NCBI GenBank assembly: GCA_964361405.1
Contig: CAYIAA010000001.1
Span: 20,917-84,916 of the forward strand
Direction of reading: 5' to 3'
DNA: 64,000 nucleotides
Source: an uncultured Candidatus Saccharibacteria bacterium
GTDB lineage: Bacteria > Patescibacteriota > Minisyncoccia > Phycocordibacterales > UBA3531
The translations under genes and the position numbers were made by a program. Every line of letters begins with the position of its first letter. The first letter of the stretch is position 1. The notes beneath the pieces were generated by a model. The model ran no database searches and was not told the DNA's origin. It saw nothing but the letters and a program-made list of their open reading frames with translations. Below are positions 54,505-63,357 of this stretch, piece after piece.

Positions 54505-54530
54505 CATACCGGGCAAGTTTAAACGGCGCC

Positions 54531-55205
54531 GTGATTACGATCACAGGGGGGCATGTAGTGAGCGGACGACAGATCGCTGAACTTGCAGATGTACTGGTCA
54601 AACACCAGCATCATTTCGGTTCCATTTCGACCAGAGACCGCATATGGGTAATCAAGAACACCGAAACTGCTATCGGTCTATTTGCCGAAGCAGTGAAGGG
54701 ATGTGGAAAGGACGAAGTTTCTTATCAGAACAAGCTTCTCGAGTTCATGACGACAATTCACGTCGCCGCGACCGAGAGATTCAAGGCCTCGGAACACTTC
54801 AAGGAAAGTAACAACAGAAGGATGGTAGTACAGGTCCAGCTGCTCCGCGGCAGTTTTAGAAGGCATTTTCTCGGTAAGATCGAGCGTGCTTCGGAGGCCG
54901 CCGATATCAAGGTTCACAAGCTGCTCCAGTTGTCGAATCACATCTTGATCGTTGCCGAACCTATCTACAAGTGCGAGATCACGCTCGGTCAGTTCTTCTC
55001 GGTGCTTTCCCCGCAGGGAAATGGAGAAGCCGGGCCTCTTCTTACGAACGGCGCGGCAAATATCGCTTGTATCCGCGATGTCGAAGGCACCTTGTGGGCT
55101 GTGTGTGCAAACTGGAACTCCAACTATGGTGGTTGGGAAATCGGATCCCACTCAGTGGTGAACCCACAGGGGTGGCAGGCTGGTCTCCAACTTCTATCCC
55201 GCTGA
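54531..55205 (+). CDS. CPR-type hypothetical protein with DGR-target-like (CLec-like) C-terminus
   Basis: C-terminal LLTNG.ANI..IRD..G.LWAV...W....GGW.I....V..P..W.AG....SR; start uncertain (GTG). Confidence 0.6.
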   Translation: MITITGGHVVSGRQIAELADVLVKHQHHFGSISTRDRIWVIKNTETAIGLFAEAVKGCGKDEVSYQNKLLEFMTTIHVAATERFKASEHFKESNNRRMVVQVQLLRGSFRRHFLGKIERASEAADIKVHKLLQLSNHILIVAEPIYKCEITLGQFFSVLSPQGNGEAGPLLTNGAANIACIRDVEGTLWAVCANWNSNYGGWEIGSHSVVNPQGWQAGLQLLSR

Positions 55206-55240
55206 TTCTTTGGTGCCCATAGGTCTTCGGGCTTGAGATT

Positions 55241-55289
55241 TGACCCTCTGAAACTTCGCGCAAGCGGAAGAGTAGGAGGGTCATTTTTT
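55241..55289 (+). terminator. Hairpin/terminator after inserted gene
   Basis: TGACCCTC...GAGGGTCA followed by TTTTTT. Confidence 0.7.
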
Positions 55290-55332
55290 ATACAGGACTT
55301 TCACTTTTTTATGCTAAACTTGTATCAAACGT

Positions 55333-56328
55333 ATGCTTGTAGAAGAGGCGAAGTTAAATCCAAAAGTTTTTGATGAAGATGTGGAACAAGAGCCGATTCG
55401 AAAGGGGTATGGCGAAGGTTTGCTTGAAGCAGGAAAAAAAGATACGCGGGTTGTAGCGCTTTGTGCCGATTTAACCGAATCCACACAGACACACCATTTT
55501 GCGAAAGCGTTCCCCGAGCGGTTTATTGAAATCGGCGTTGCCGAGCAGAATCTTGCGGCGGTAGCTTCCGGCATGGCCGCGATGGGAAAAATTCCTTTCA
55601 TCACGTCCTACGCAATGTTTTCTCCCGGGAGAAATTGGGAGCAGATTAGAACCACGATTTGTTACAACAACACTCCGGTAAAAATTGTTGGGTCACACGC
55701 CGGTATCTCCGTTGGTCCGGACGGCGGCACACATCAAGCGCTTGAAGATATCGCGATTACGCGCGTCATTCCTCGGATGATGGTACTCTCACCCTGCGAC
55801 GCTCTCGAGGCGAAGAAGGCGACGCTTGCGGCCGCAGGGCACCCGGGGCCCGTTTACTTGCGTCTCGCACGCGAGAAGACGCCAGTTATCACTACTCTCG
55901 AGACTCCTTTTGAAATCGGGAAAGCACAGGTTTTTTTCCAGTCTAAGAAAATCCCACCGAGAATTGGCATCATTGCGACGGGATCACTTGTCTACAACGC
56001 TTTGAAAGCGGCAAAAGGACTGGACTCCGAGGGCATTGGGGTCTCCGTACTCAATCTCGCGACCATTAAACCCCTTGATGGAGCCGGGATACTCGCGTTC
56101 GTAGAAGATATTGTTGGACTCGTTACCGTCGAAGAGCATCAGGTGAGTGGCGGCATGGGTTCTGCTGTGGCGGAACTTCTTGCAGAGCATTACCCACTCC
56201 CAATCCGCTTCATCGGCGTCCACGATCAGTTTGGACAATCCGGAGAACCTGCGGAGCTGGTCGAACACTATGAAATGGGAGTAGAATCAATCAAGGAAGT
56301 AGCTCGAACTTTCCTTTCTAAACGTTAA
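55333..56328 (+). CDS. Transketolase C-terminal subunit
   Basis: ADL, EIGVAEQN, GPDGGTHQ, TIKPLD, TVEEH; own extended -10 TGCTAAACT upstream. Confidence 0.95.
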   Translation: MLVEEAKLNPKVFDEDVEQEPIRKGYGEGLLEAGKKDTRVVALCADLTESTQTHHFAKAFPERFIEIGVAEQNLAAVASGMAAMGKIPFITSYAMFSPGRNWEQIRTTICYNNTPVKIVGSHAGISVGPDGGTHQALEDIAITRVIPRMMVLSPCDALEAKKATLAAAGHPGPVYLRLAREKTPVITTLETPFEIGKAQVFFQSKKIPPRIGIIATGSLVYNALKAAKGLDSEGIGVSVLNLATIKPLDGAGILAFVEDIVGLVTVEEHQVSGGMGSAVAELLAEHYPLPIRFIGVHDQFGQSGEPAELVEHYEMGVESIKEVARTFLSKR

Positions 56329-56339
56329 ACAGTAAAACA

Positions 56340-57683
56340 ATGTCCCATTATTCATCACTTGCTCTATTGGGAATTTTTGCCGTCGGAGCCGGAGTTTTCG
56401 TATTTCATCATCGTGCTGAAGGACAGATAAATGGAGTTGAAACAAACAGTGTCAATACAAACACAGAAGAGCAAAGGATTACGACAAATAGTGTCGTGGA
56501 AGAATTCAAGCATATTTCCGAGACCATTCAATATACGGAAGAAGAAGGAAGAAAGGAAGAAGAGCGTTTACATACTGAAACAGAGAGTACTCTAAGAGAC
56601 TATGCGGAAAATGTGCGGGAGGCGATACAAAAATCAGCGACTTCGACTCCGATTTCTCCCGACGTTTTGGAGCAGTTTCGCGCACGGGAAGTAAAACTCC
56701 AAGAAGAACTTAAAGCAGTGGTGGAGCGAGAAAGCAGAAGACTCAATGAAGGGGTGAGGACCGATAATACAAGACTCCGGCAGGAAAGCAAAGACCGAAT
56801 CATTACGGAAACGCAATCAAGACTCCGCGAGTTCACTAATATCGCGCGCGAGCGTGCGCTTCAGGTGGAAAGAGCAACATACGAAGCGCGCGTAAAAGAT
56901 GCCGTAGCAAAGTTTGAGGAGCGGGCTGTCGCGAACGAAGTCATTCTCAAAGAGCGTGTCGGACTGAAGTTGTTCCGCGATACCGATAGAGATGGAATTT
57001 CTGATTACGACGAGGAAAACGTATACAAAACGGATCCGGAAAATTTCGATACCGACGGGGACAAGAGGAGCGACGGACTTGAGGTACAAGGAGGTTTTAA
57101 CCCAAGAGAAGAGCGTGTAGATGCGCGGATAGAGCATGAAGATCCGCGTGAGCGTGGTGTACGCGCAGAAGGTGTTTTCCGTGTTGAGAGTTTCGAAGTG
57201 ACGGAGGTGAAAGAGCTCCCGAACGGAAAGAAGGATGTGCGGAGTGCCATAGTGAGCGGCCGTGCCCTTCCGAACAGTTTCATCACAATTTATATCTATA
57301 GCACACCGGTCATAGTGACCGTAAAGACCGATAACAGTGGCAGGTGGACGTATACACTCGATAAAGAACTTGATGACGGTGCTCACGATATCTTTGTCGC
57401 CGTCACTGATTATTCGGGAAAAATTCTTGCGAAGAGCGAAGCGTTCCCGTTCGTGAAGGAAGCTGAAGCTATAACGCTCATTACGAACACGGCGAATGCC
57501 GCGACTCCCGATGCCCGGCCCAGAGTTACAGCGTTTCCGACGCTCATTGTGACGGGCGCAGTGATTGCCGTACTTGTACTCATGGGTATTATCGCTGTCG
57601 GGTACTTCGAAAGGAAGCGCGGCGGCGGGAGTGGCGATTTTCCACCCACAGCTTCCGGCGAAGGAGGAATAACTCCACAGTGA
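56340..57683 (+). CDS. Membrane-anchored protein: coiled coil, TSP3-like Ca-binding repeats, Ig-like domain
   Basis: DTDRDGISDYDE and DTDGDKRSDGLE; SGRALPNS...GRWTYTL...DGAH Ig-like motif; N- and C-terminal hydrophobic segments. Confidence 0.7.
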   Translation: MSHYSSLALLGIFAVGAGVFVFHHRAEGQINGVETNSVNTNTEEQRITTNSVVEEFKHISETIQYTEEEGRKEEERLHTETESTLRDYAENVREAIQKSATSTPISPDVLEQFRAREVKLQEELKAVVERESRRLNEGVRTDNTRLRQESKDRIITETQSRLREFTNIARERALQVERATYEARVKDAVAKFEERAVANEVILKERVGLKLFRDTDRDGISDYDEENVYKTDPENFDTDGDKRSDGLEVQGGFNPREERVDARIEHEDPRERGVRAEGVFRVESFEVTEVKELPNGKKDVRSAIVSGRALPNSFITIYIYSTPVIVTVKTDNSGRWTYTLDKELDDGAHDIFVAVTDYSGKILAKSEAFPFVKEAEAITLITNTANAATPDARPRVTAFPTLIVTGAVIAVLVLMGIIAVGYFERKRGGGSGDFPPTASGEGGITPQ

Positions 57684-57686
57684 AGA

Positions 57687-59060
57687 ATGAAGGGTGATTT
57701 TTTCATTGCGAATTTAACGAGGGGAATTACGTTTGTTAGGCGGAATCCACAAGCGCTCTATTCGCTTATCGTTCTTATTATCATCGTCTCTGCGTTCATT
57801 TTTATGGCGCAGCGATTTGTTTCAGTGACGCTCGAGACGAAAGAGCGTCTGCAGGACGTACGAACCGGAGCTATTCATGATACCTTCGTTCAGTTTGCGC
57901 CCGAAAAACTTACAGATACGGTATTTATCACAAAAGTCGTGAAGCGGATTGCCGCAATGAACCCTTCAATTACAGAGTTCAGAGCGTCCTCTTTTGACGG
58001 TGATACATTCACGGTGATTGCCTCACTCAATGAGAACGAAGTGGGGAAAGTGGATGAAGAAAACGGACAAAAGCTCTATCAGCTTTCAAGTGTTGATGTG
58101 ACGACATCGTACACGATTGCGGAGATTGATTCAAAAGGACGTTCAGCGAAGACCGCGCGGGCACTCGTCGGTGAATCAGGGCGCGTCGTTGGTATGGTGA
58201 TGACGCGTGAGTCGCGGGCGGAGGCGGACCGCGTTGTCGAGGAAGAAATCAGAAAATCAATCCTCATACTTTCTGTTATTGTTGCGCTCATCGTGCTTCT
58301 TTTTGTTCGCTATGCGCGTATCATCGATTACTCCGCTCTCTACCGCGAGCTCAAAAATATTGACGAAATGAAAAATGACTTTATTTCGATGGCATCGCAC
58401 GAGCTTCGCGCTCCACTCACCATCATTCGCGGATACGCCGACATACTTTCGGCTGCGCCCGGACTCTCCTCGAAAGAAAGAGAAGCGGTTGGGAACATTG
58501 ACCATGGAGTGAAACAGCTCGACCTTTTAGTTACTGACATGCTCGATGTCGCCCGATTTGAACAAGGGAGAATGAGTTTTGACATGAAGTTAATGGATCC
58601 CGCGCCTCTTCTCGAAGAAGTCGTTCAGTCCTTCAAACAACAAGCTGGGTTGCATGAGCTCGGACTTACCTCGGTGATTAAGGGAGCGGGGGAAGTGATT
58701 GTGGACCATGACCGACTCCGTCAGGTTTTCGTCAACTTAATCGGAAATGCGGTTAAGTATTCAAAAAAAGGCGAGATTAAAGTATCTCTCCATGGAGAAC
58801 AAGGCAGACTTCAAATCCAGGTGAGTGATACAGGGTCCGGAATTTCAAGTGAAGACCAAGCCCGACTGTTTCAGAAGTTTTTCCGCGTGAAGTCGGAGGA
58901 TACAAGGGGAGTAAGCGGCACGGGACTCGGACTCTGGATTTCAAAGCAAATTGTCGAGAATATGAAAGGGAGATTAACTGTTGAATCCATCAAGGGAGTG
59001 GGGTCGCATTTCATCGTATCTTTTCCTCTCGTGGCCCGATCAGTCGCGAAAGTTACATAA
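57687..59060 (+). CDS. Sensor histidine kinase (HisKA + HATPase)
   Basis: Two TMs; ASHELRAPL H-box, NLIGNAVKY N-box, DTGSGI G1, GTGLGL G2. Confidence 0.95.
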   Translation: MKGDFFIANLTRGITFVRRNPQALYSLIVLIIIVSAFIFMAQRFVSVTLETKERLQDVRTGAIHDTFVQFAPEKLTDTVFITKVVKRIAAMNPSITEFRASSFDGDTFTVIASLNENEVGKVDEENGQKLYQLSSVDVTTSYTIAEIDSKGRSAKTARALVGESGRVVGMVMTRESRAEADRVVEEEIRKSILILSVIVALIVLLFVRYARIIDYSALYRELKNIDEMKNDFISMASHELRAPLTIIRGYADILSAAPGLSSKEREAVGNIDHGVKQLDLLVTDMLDVARFEQGRMSFDMKLMDPAPLLEEVVQSFKQQAGLHELGLTSVIKGAGEVIVDHDRLRQVFVNLIGNAVKYSKKGEIKVSLHGEQGRLQIQVSDTGSGISSEDQARLFQKFFRVKSEDTRGVSGTGLGLWISKQIVENMKGRLTVESIKGVGSHFIVSFPLVARSVAKVT

Positions 59061-59096
59061 AAAGAGATTTTGCAGCGCTCAACCTCTCTAGTGAAA

Positions 59097-60089
59097 CTAG
59101 GAGATTTTTTTCGGCGTGTAGTCTGCTGGAGCTTGCAGAAGGTAGTGCTCAATTTCAGACACAGTGAGGAGACCTGCCTGCGCGCCAATTTTCTGAACGA
59201 CGGACATGGAGTTTATCGGCGCCCAACGGAGGGCTTCATCGATAGTTTTTCCCATGGCGAGTGCTGACACTATGGTCGAAGAAAATGCATCGCCAGCCCC
59301 GGTCCTTTCATAGGGCGGTTTAGGGTCCGGGTAGGACGACATATACCACATATCACTTTCATGATACGCGTAAGCGCCTTTTACGCCGTCGGTGATGATA
59401 ACCATCTTCGGTCCGAGTTCTCGGATTCCTTTGAGAAGCACTTTGATATCAAGGTCTTCACGTTTTAGAATTCGTCTTGCTTCGTCAGTATTACAGAAAA
59501 ATATGTCCGTGTGAGTATAGATTCCCGCGAGCCTTTCTGTCCCAAGCTTCATCTGGTACGTTCCCGGTTGGAAGGCGAGTTGAGTTTCCGGGTGGGCATC
59601 AAGATACGGTGGAATGATGTCGTAGAGAGGAGATGCCTCTTCTCCCATTGAGGAAAGGTACATCCACCGCGGTGAGCCGACATCGGGAAGCGTGTAGGCA
59701 AAGGACTCGTGCTTGATGAGAATCGTTCGTTCATCTTCGTACCAAAGAACGTAGTGGTAATTCGTGTGTTTTCCAGCTTGAGTCGAAATGAAATTGGTAG
59801 AGACGCCGCTACTCTGAAGTGATGCGAGACATTCTTTTCCATTGTCATCGTCACCGATATTCCCGACAAGAGCGGTTTTGAGACCGAGACGTGCCCCCGC
59901 GACAGCGGCATTCGCACTATTACCCACCGCACGGACAATTTCTACGAACTCATACGGGACTTTATCGCCGAAACGCAGTGACAGCATACAGTGCTCACGA
60001 TTTATGTCGCAGTTGACCGACGCATCCTTTAACCGAATGAATGCATCGGTTGTGGTGTCGCCGATTGCGATGATGTCAAAGTTTTCCAT
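59097..60089 (-). CDS. PfkB-family carbohydrate kinase
   Basis: GNSANAA, GNIGDD..G, ITDGVKG, TGAGDAF. Confidence 0.92.
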   Translation of the reverse strand: MENFDIIAIGDTTTDAFIRLKDASVNCDINREHCMLSLRFGDKVPYEFVEIVRAVGNSANAAVAGARLGLKTALVGNIGDDDNGKECLASLQSSGVSTNFISTQAGKHTNYHYVLWYEDERTILIKHESFAYTLPDVGSPRWMYLSSMGEEASPLYDIIPPYLDAHPETQLAFQPGTYQMKLGTERLAGIYTHTDIFFCNTDEARRILKREDLDIKVLLKGIRELGPKMVIITDGVKGAYAYHESDMWYMSSYPDPKPPYERTGAGDAFSSTIVSALAMGKTIDEALRWAPINSMSVVQKIGAQAGLLTVSEIEHYLLQAPADYTPKKIS

Positions 60090-60091
60090 AC

Positions 60092-60910
60092 CTAACTTGT
60101 AAGCATTATTTTTTTAATGATACGGAACCGATCGGGGAGCGTTTCTCTAAGGAATGCTTCTTGTTCCGAACCTCGGAGGGCACATGCTTCTTGCCACAGC
60201 GCGCGACCTGCAAGGAATCCTTGTGCACCCCCCCGGGCCACCTCGGTGAGTTGTTTTTGAAATATATCGAAAGATTCACCGCGAGTAAGAAGAATCCATG
60301 GCCGTTCCCCCAAAAGATTTGTTATGTCACCTATAATCGTTCCCTCGCCTGGATATTCCAGTTTAAAGACATCAGGGAAAATTCCTCTCTCGAGAAATGT
60401 CTCAAGAATCTTAAATATCATCGTTCCGCGCTCATAGGATTTTCCGGCCGGGTCGTAGGTAACGATCTCGACGAAAGAGGGGAGATCTTCCTCTTTTGCA
60501 TCTGCGCACACCTTCGCCGCTGTCGCTAGTTGATGCTCGAAACTGGGAACTACTATGTTCATATAGAGAAGGAGTTTTATGCCGCTTGCACCCATAGATT
60601 TCACTTCTTGAGCTGAATGTTCAAGTGTGGTGATACGTTCACCGGACTCTCCTGTGTATCCCGATCGTTCTACCGGGAGTAAGAATGGTTTTGAACGGCT
60701 CTCGTAGGCACCGAGGCCAAGCTCGGGGTCTATGAGAATACCGCTTGTTTCACCCTCTACTGCCCGAATGATATCGCGCTTTAGCCGAGTGGCCTCCTCG
60801 TTAGATACGGTAGACGGATTCTCTGGATTAATGAGTTTTTTAAAGCTTTCTCGGTGGTCAAGCGCCAGCATAAGAAATTTCCCATGCTCGGTGAAAATCT
60901 TAGTATCCAT
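60092..60910 (-). CDS. Class I aldolase, LacD/YihT/DUF2090-like
   Basis: MLALDHRESF, DVFKLEYP (Schiff-base Lys), GFLAGRALW; start at ATG 60910. Confidence 0.8.
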   Translation of the reverse strand: MDTKIFTEHGKFLMLALDHRESFKKLINPENPSTVSNEEATRLKRDIIRAVEGETSGILIDPELGLGAYESRSKPFLLPVERSGYTGESGERITTLEHSAQEVKSMGASGIKLLLYMNIVVPSFEHQLATAAKVCADAKEEDLPSFVEIVTYDPAGKSYERGTMIFKILETFLERGIFPDVFKLEYPGEGTIIGDITNLLGERPWILLTRGESFDIFQKQLTEVARGGAQGFLAGRALWQEACALRGSEQEAFLRETLPDRFRIIKKIMLTS

Positions 60911-60968
60911 TTGGAAAAAGTATATCATACCCGCTCTACTACTCGTGTTATACTATGCTTCATTCACC

Positions 60969-62609
60969 ATGCTTAAAGGGGAGATTAAGAAATTTTTTTC
61001 CGGAGATGTCCTCGACGACGAGGAAACGCTTTCGCGTTACAGCCGTGACGCAAGTCTCCTCGTAGTCCGTCCGGCGTGCGTGGTATTTCCGAAAAGCGTG
61101 GACGATATCACAAAACTCGTCAGATTTGTGCGCTCCCGGAAACACAATGATCCAACAATTTCGATCACTGCCCGCTCTGGAGGCACGGACATGAGTGGCG
61201 GACCCCTGAATGAATCCATAATTCTCGATGTGAGCAAGCATCTCTCCGGTACACCAGAAATCAAGGATAACACTGCGACCGTTCTTCCTGGTACATTTTA
61301 CAGAGATTTTGAAAAGGCAACGGCAAAAAAAGATATCATGCTCCCTTCATATACGGCCTCAAAGGAGATCTGTACTCTCGGTGGAATGGTGTCCAATAAT
61401 TCCGGAGGAGAGAAGACCCTTCGCTACGGAAAAACCGCTGACTATGTAACAGAGCTTGATGTCGTTCTCTCCGACGGAAATGTATATACAATCCGTCCGC
61501 TCGAAGGCGCCGAGCTTCATGAAAAACTTTCGCAGAACGATTTTGAGGGCGAGCTGTATCGAAAGATGCACTCCCTTGTTACGGGGAACGCCGAGCTCAT
61601 TGAAGGAGCACGGCCGAATGTAACGAAAAACTCTGCGGGTTATGCGCTCTGGGATATTTTTGACGGACACATATTCGATCTCACCAGGCTTTTCTCCGGA
61701 TCCCAGGGGACCTTGGGTATCGTGACGAAGATTACGGTTCGTCTCGTTCCTATTCCGCACCACTCACGTCTTCTGGTGATTTTTCTCAAAGATCTCGCGC
61801 CGCTTTCGGATATTGTCAATAAAGTTCTCCCATTTCAACCAGAGAGTCTTGAATCCTACGATGACCATACACTCCGTCTCGCCATCCGTTTTTTTCCAGA
61901 TCTTTTGAAGACGATGAAGGTTGTCAATTTACTCTCGCTCGTGGTTGCGTTTATTCCGGAATTCTTTATGGTTCTCCGCGGTGGACTCCCGAAATTGGTA
62001 CTCCTTGCGGAGTTCTCGGCTCGTTCGGAGGCGGAGGTGGAAGAGAGGGTTCAGGGCGCCTCTCTCGGACTCTCTCATATCGGATTTAAAACCCGCATCA
62101 TCAGATCGAAAACCGAAGCGAAGAAATACTGGACCATCAGGCGGGAGAGTTTTAATCTTCTCCGAAAGCATGTGCATGGCAAGCGCACGGCGCCTTTCAT
62201 CGACGACGTCGTAGTTCGTCCAGAATACCTTCCAAAGTTTCTTCCGGAGCTTATAAAACTTCTCGAAGAATATAAACTTCTCTACACGATCGCTGGGCAC
62301 GCCGGGGACGGTAACTTTCACGTTATTCCGCTCATGGACATGACGGATCCGCATAACGCAAAGATTATTCCCGAGCTCTCCGATAAGGTGTACAATCTTG
62401 TTCTCCGCTACCGTGGAAGTATCACCGCCGAGCACAATGACGGTATCATCAGAACTCCGTATCTTAAGAAAATGTTTGGGCGGGAGGTTGTACACCTTTT
62501 CCAGGAGGTGAAACGGATTTTTGATCCCGAGAATATCTTTAATCCGGGGAAAAAAGTCGGCGGAAGCCTCGAATATATCATCTCCCACCTCTCTCGGTTC
62601 CCTGGTTGA
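60969..62609 (+). CDS. FAD-linked oxidoreductase (GlcD/D-lactate dehydrogenase family)
   Basis: RSGGTDMSG, TLGGMVSNNSGG, GSQGTLG, GHAGDGNFH, AEHNDG, FDPENIFNPGK; start at ATG 60969. Confidence 0.9.
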   Translation: MLKGEIKKFFSGDVLDDEETLSRYSRDASLLVVRPACVVFPKSVDDITKLVRFVRSRKHNDPTISITARSGGTDMSGGPLNESIILDVSKHLSGTPEIKDNTATVLPGTFYRDFEKATAKKDIMLPSYTASKEICTLGGMVSNNSGGEKTLRYGKTADYVTELDVVLSDGNVYTIRPLEGAELHEKLSQNDFEGELYRKMHSLVTGNAELIEGARPNVTKNSAGYALWDIFDGHIFDLTRLFSGSQGTLGIVTKITVRLVPIPHHSRLLVIFLKDLAPLSDIVNKVLPFQPESLESYDDHTLRLAIRFFPDLLKTMKVVNLLSLVVAFIPEFFMVLRGGLPKLVLLAEFSARSEAEVEERVQGASLGLSHIGFKTRIIRSKTEAKKYWTIRRESFNLLRKHVHGKRTAPFIDDVVVRPEYLPKFLPELIKLLEEYKLLYTIAGHAGDGNFHVIPLMDMTDPHNAKIIPELSDKVYNLVLRYRGSITAEHNDGIIRTPYLKKMFGREVVHLFQEVKRIFDPENIFNPGKKVGGSLEYIISHLSRFPG

Positions 62610-62641
62610 ACACTAGCCTCAAGTCGGGTATACTTCTTTCC

Positions 62642-63346
62642 ATGGTAGCAATTGAGGCGCAAAAACGCGCCATTTTTGGGAAAAAGTTGAAGAATTTGCG
62701 ATTGCAAGGGAAAATCCCGGCTGTTATGTATGGCCCGAAGGAGGAAGCGGTAGCCATCCTCGTTGATCAAAAAGAATTCAAAAAGGTTTTAAGCGAAGCT
62801 GGTGAATCGTCTGTAGTGACACTGCGTCTCGGTGAGGATGAGCGCGAGGCGCTTATCTATGAGGTGGGATTAAACCCCATGACTGACGAGCCGATTCACG
62901 CCGACTTTTACATATTCGAGAAAGGCAAATTAATTCGTACGCATGTTCAGCTTGAATTCACCGGCGTTGCGCCTGGCGTACGCGAGCAGGGAGGCACGCT
63001 CGTTAAAATTATGCATGAACTTGAAGTCGAAGCTCTGCCAAAGGATTTACCTAAAGCTATTTTGGTACCGCTTGAATTACTCACGAAGATTGGAAGCCAG
63101 ATTGCAGTTCGTGACCTCAAGGTTGGAGGGGGTGTCAGGGTACTTGCTCCGGAAACGGAAATCATTGCTTCGGTTGCCGCTCCACGTGAAGAAAAAGTAG
63201 AGGAGGAACCAGCGGCGATTGATCTTACAAAAATAGAGGTTGAAAAGAAAGGCAAGAAACTTGAAGAAGGGGAGGAAATAGGAACTGCGGAAGCAAAAGG
63301 AGGAGAGAAAACTGGAGAGAAGGGAGAAAAGAAAGGCGCGAAATAA
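62642..63346 (+). CDS. rplY: 50S ribosomal protein L25/Ctc
   Basis: LRLQGKIPAVMYG, HADFY, C-terminal beta domain and acidic/basic tail; start at ATG 62642. Confidence 0.95.
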   Translation: MVAIEAQKRAIFGKKLKNLRLQGKIPAVMYGPKEEAVAILVDQKEFKKVLSEAGESSVVTLRLGEDEREALIYEVGLNPMTDEPIHADFYIFEKGKLIRTHVQLEFTGVAPGVREQGGTLVKIMHELEVEALPKDLPKAILVPLELLTKIGSQIAVRDLKVGGGVRVLAPETEIIASVAAPREEKVEEEPAAIDLTKIEVEKKGKKLEEGEEIGTAEAKGGEKTGEKGEKKGAK

Positions 63347-63357
63347 AGAGGGAGGTT

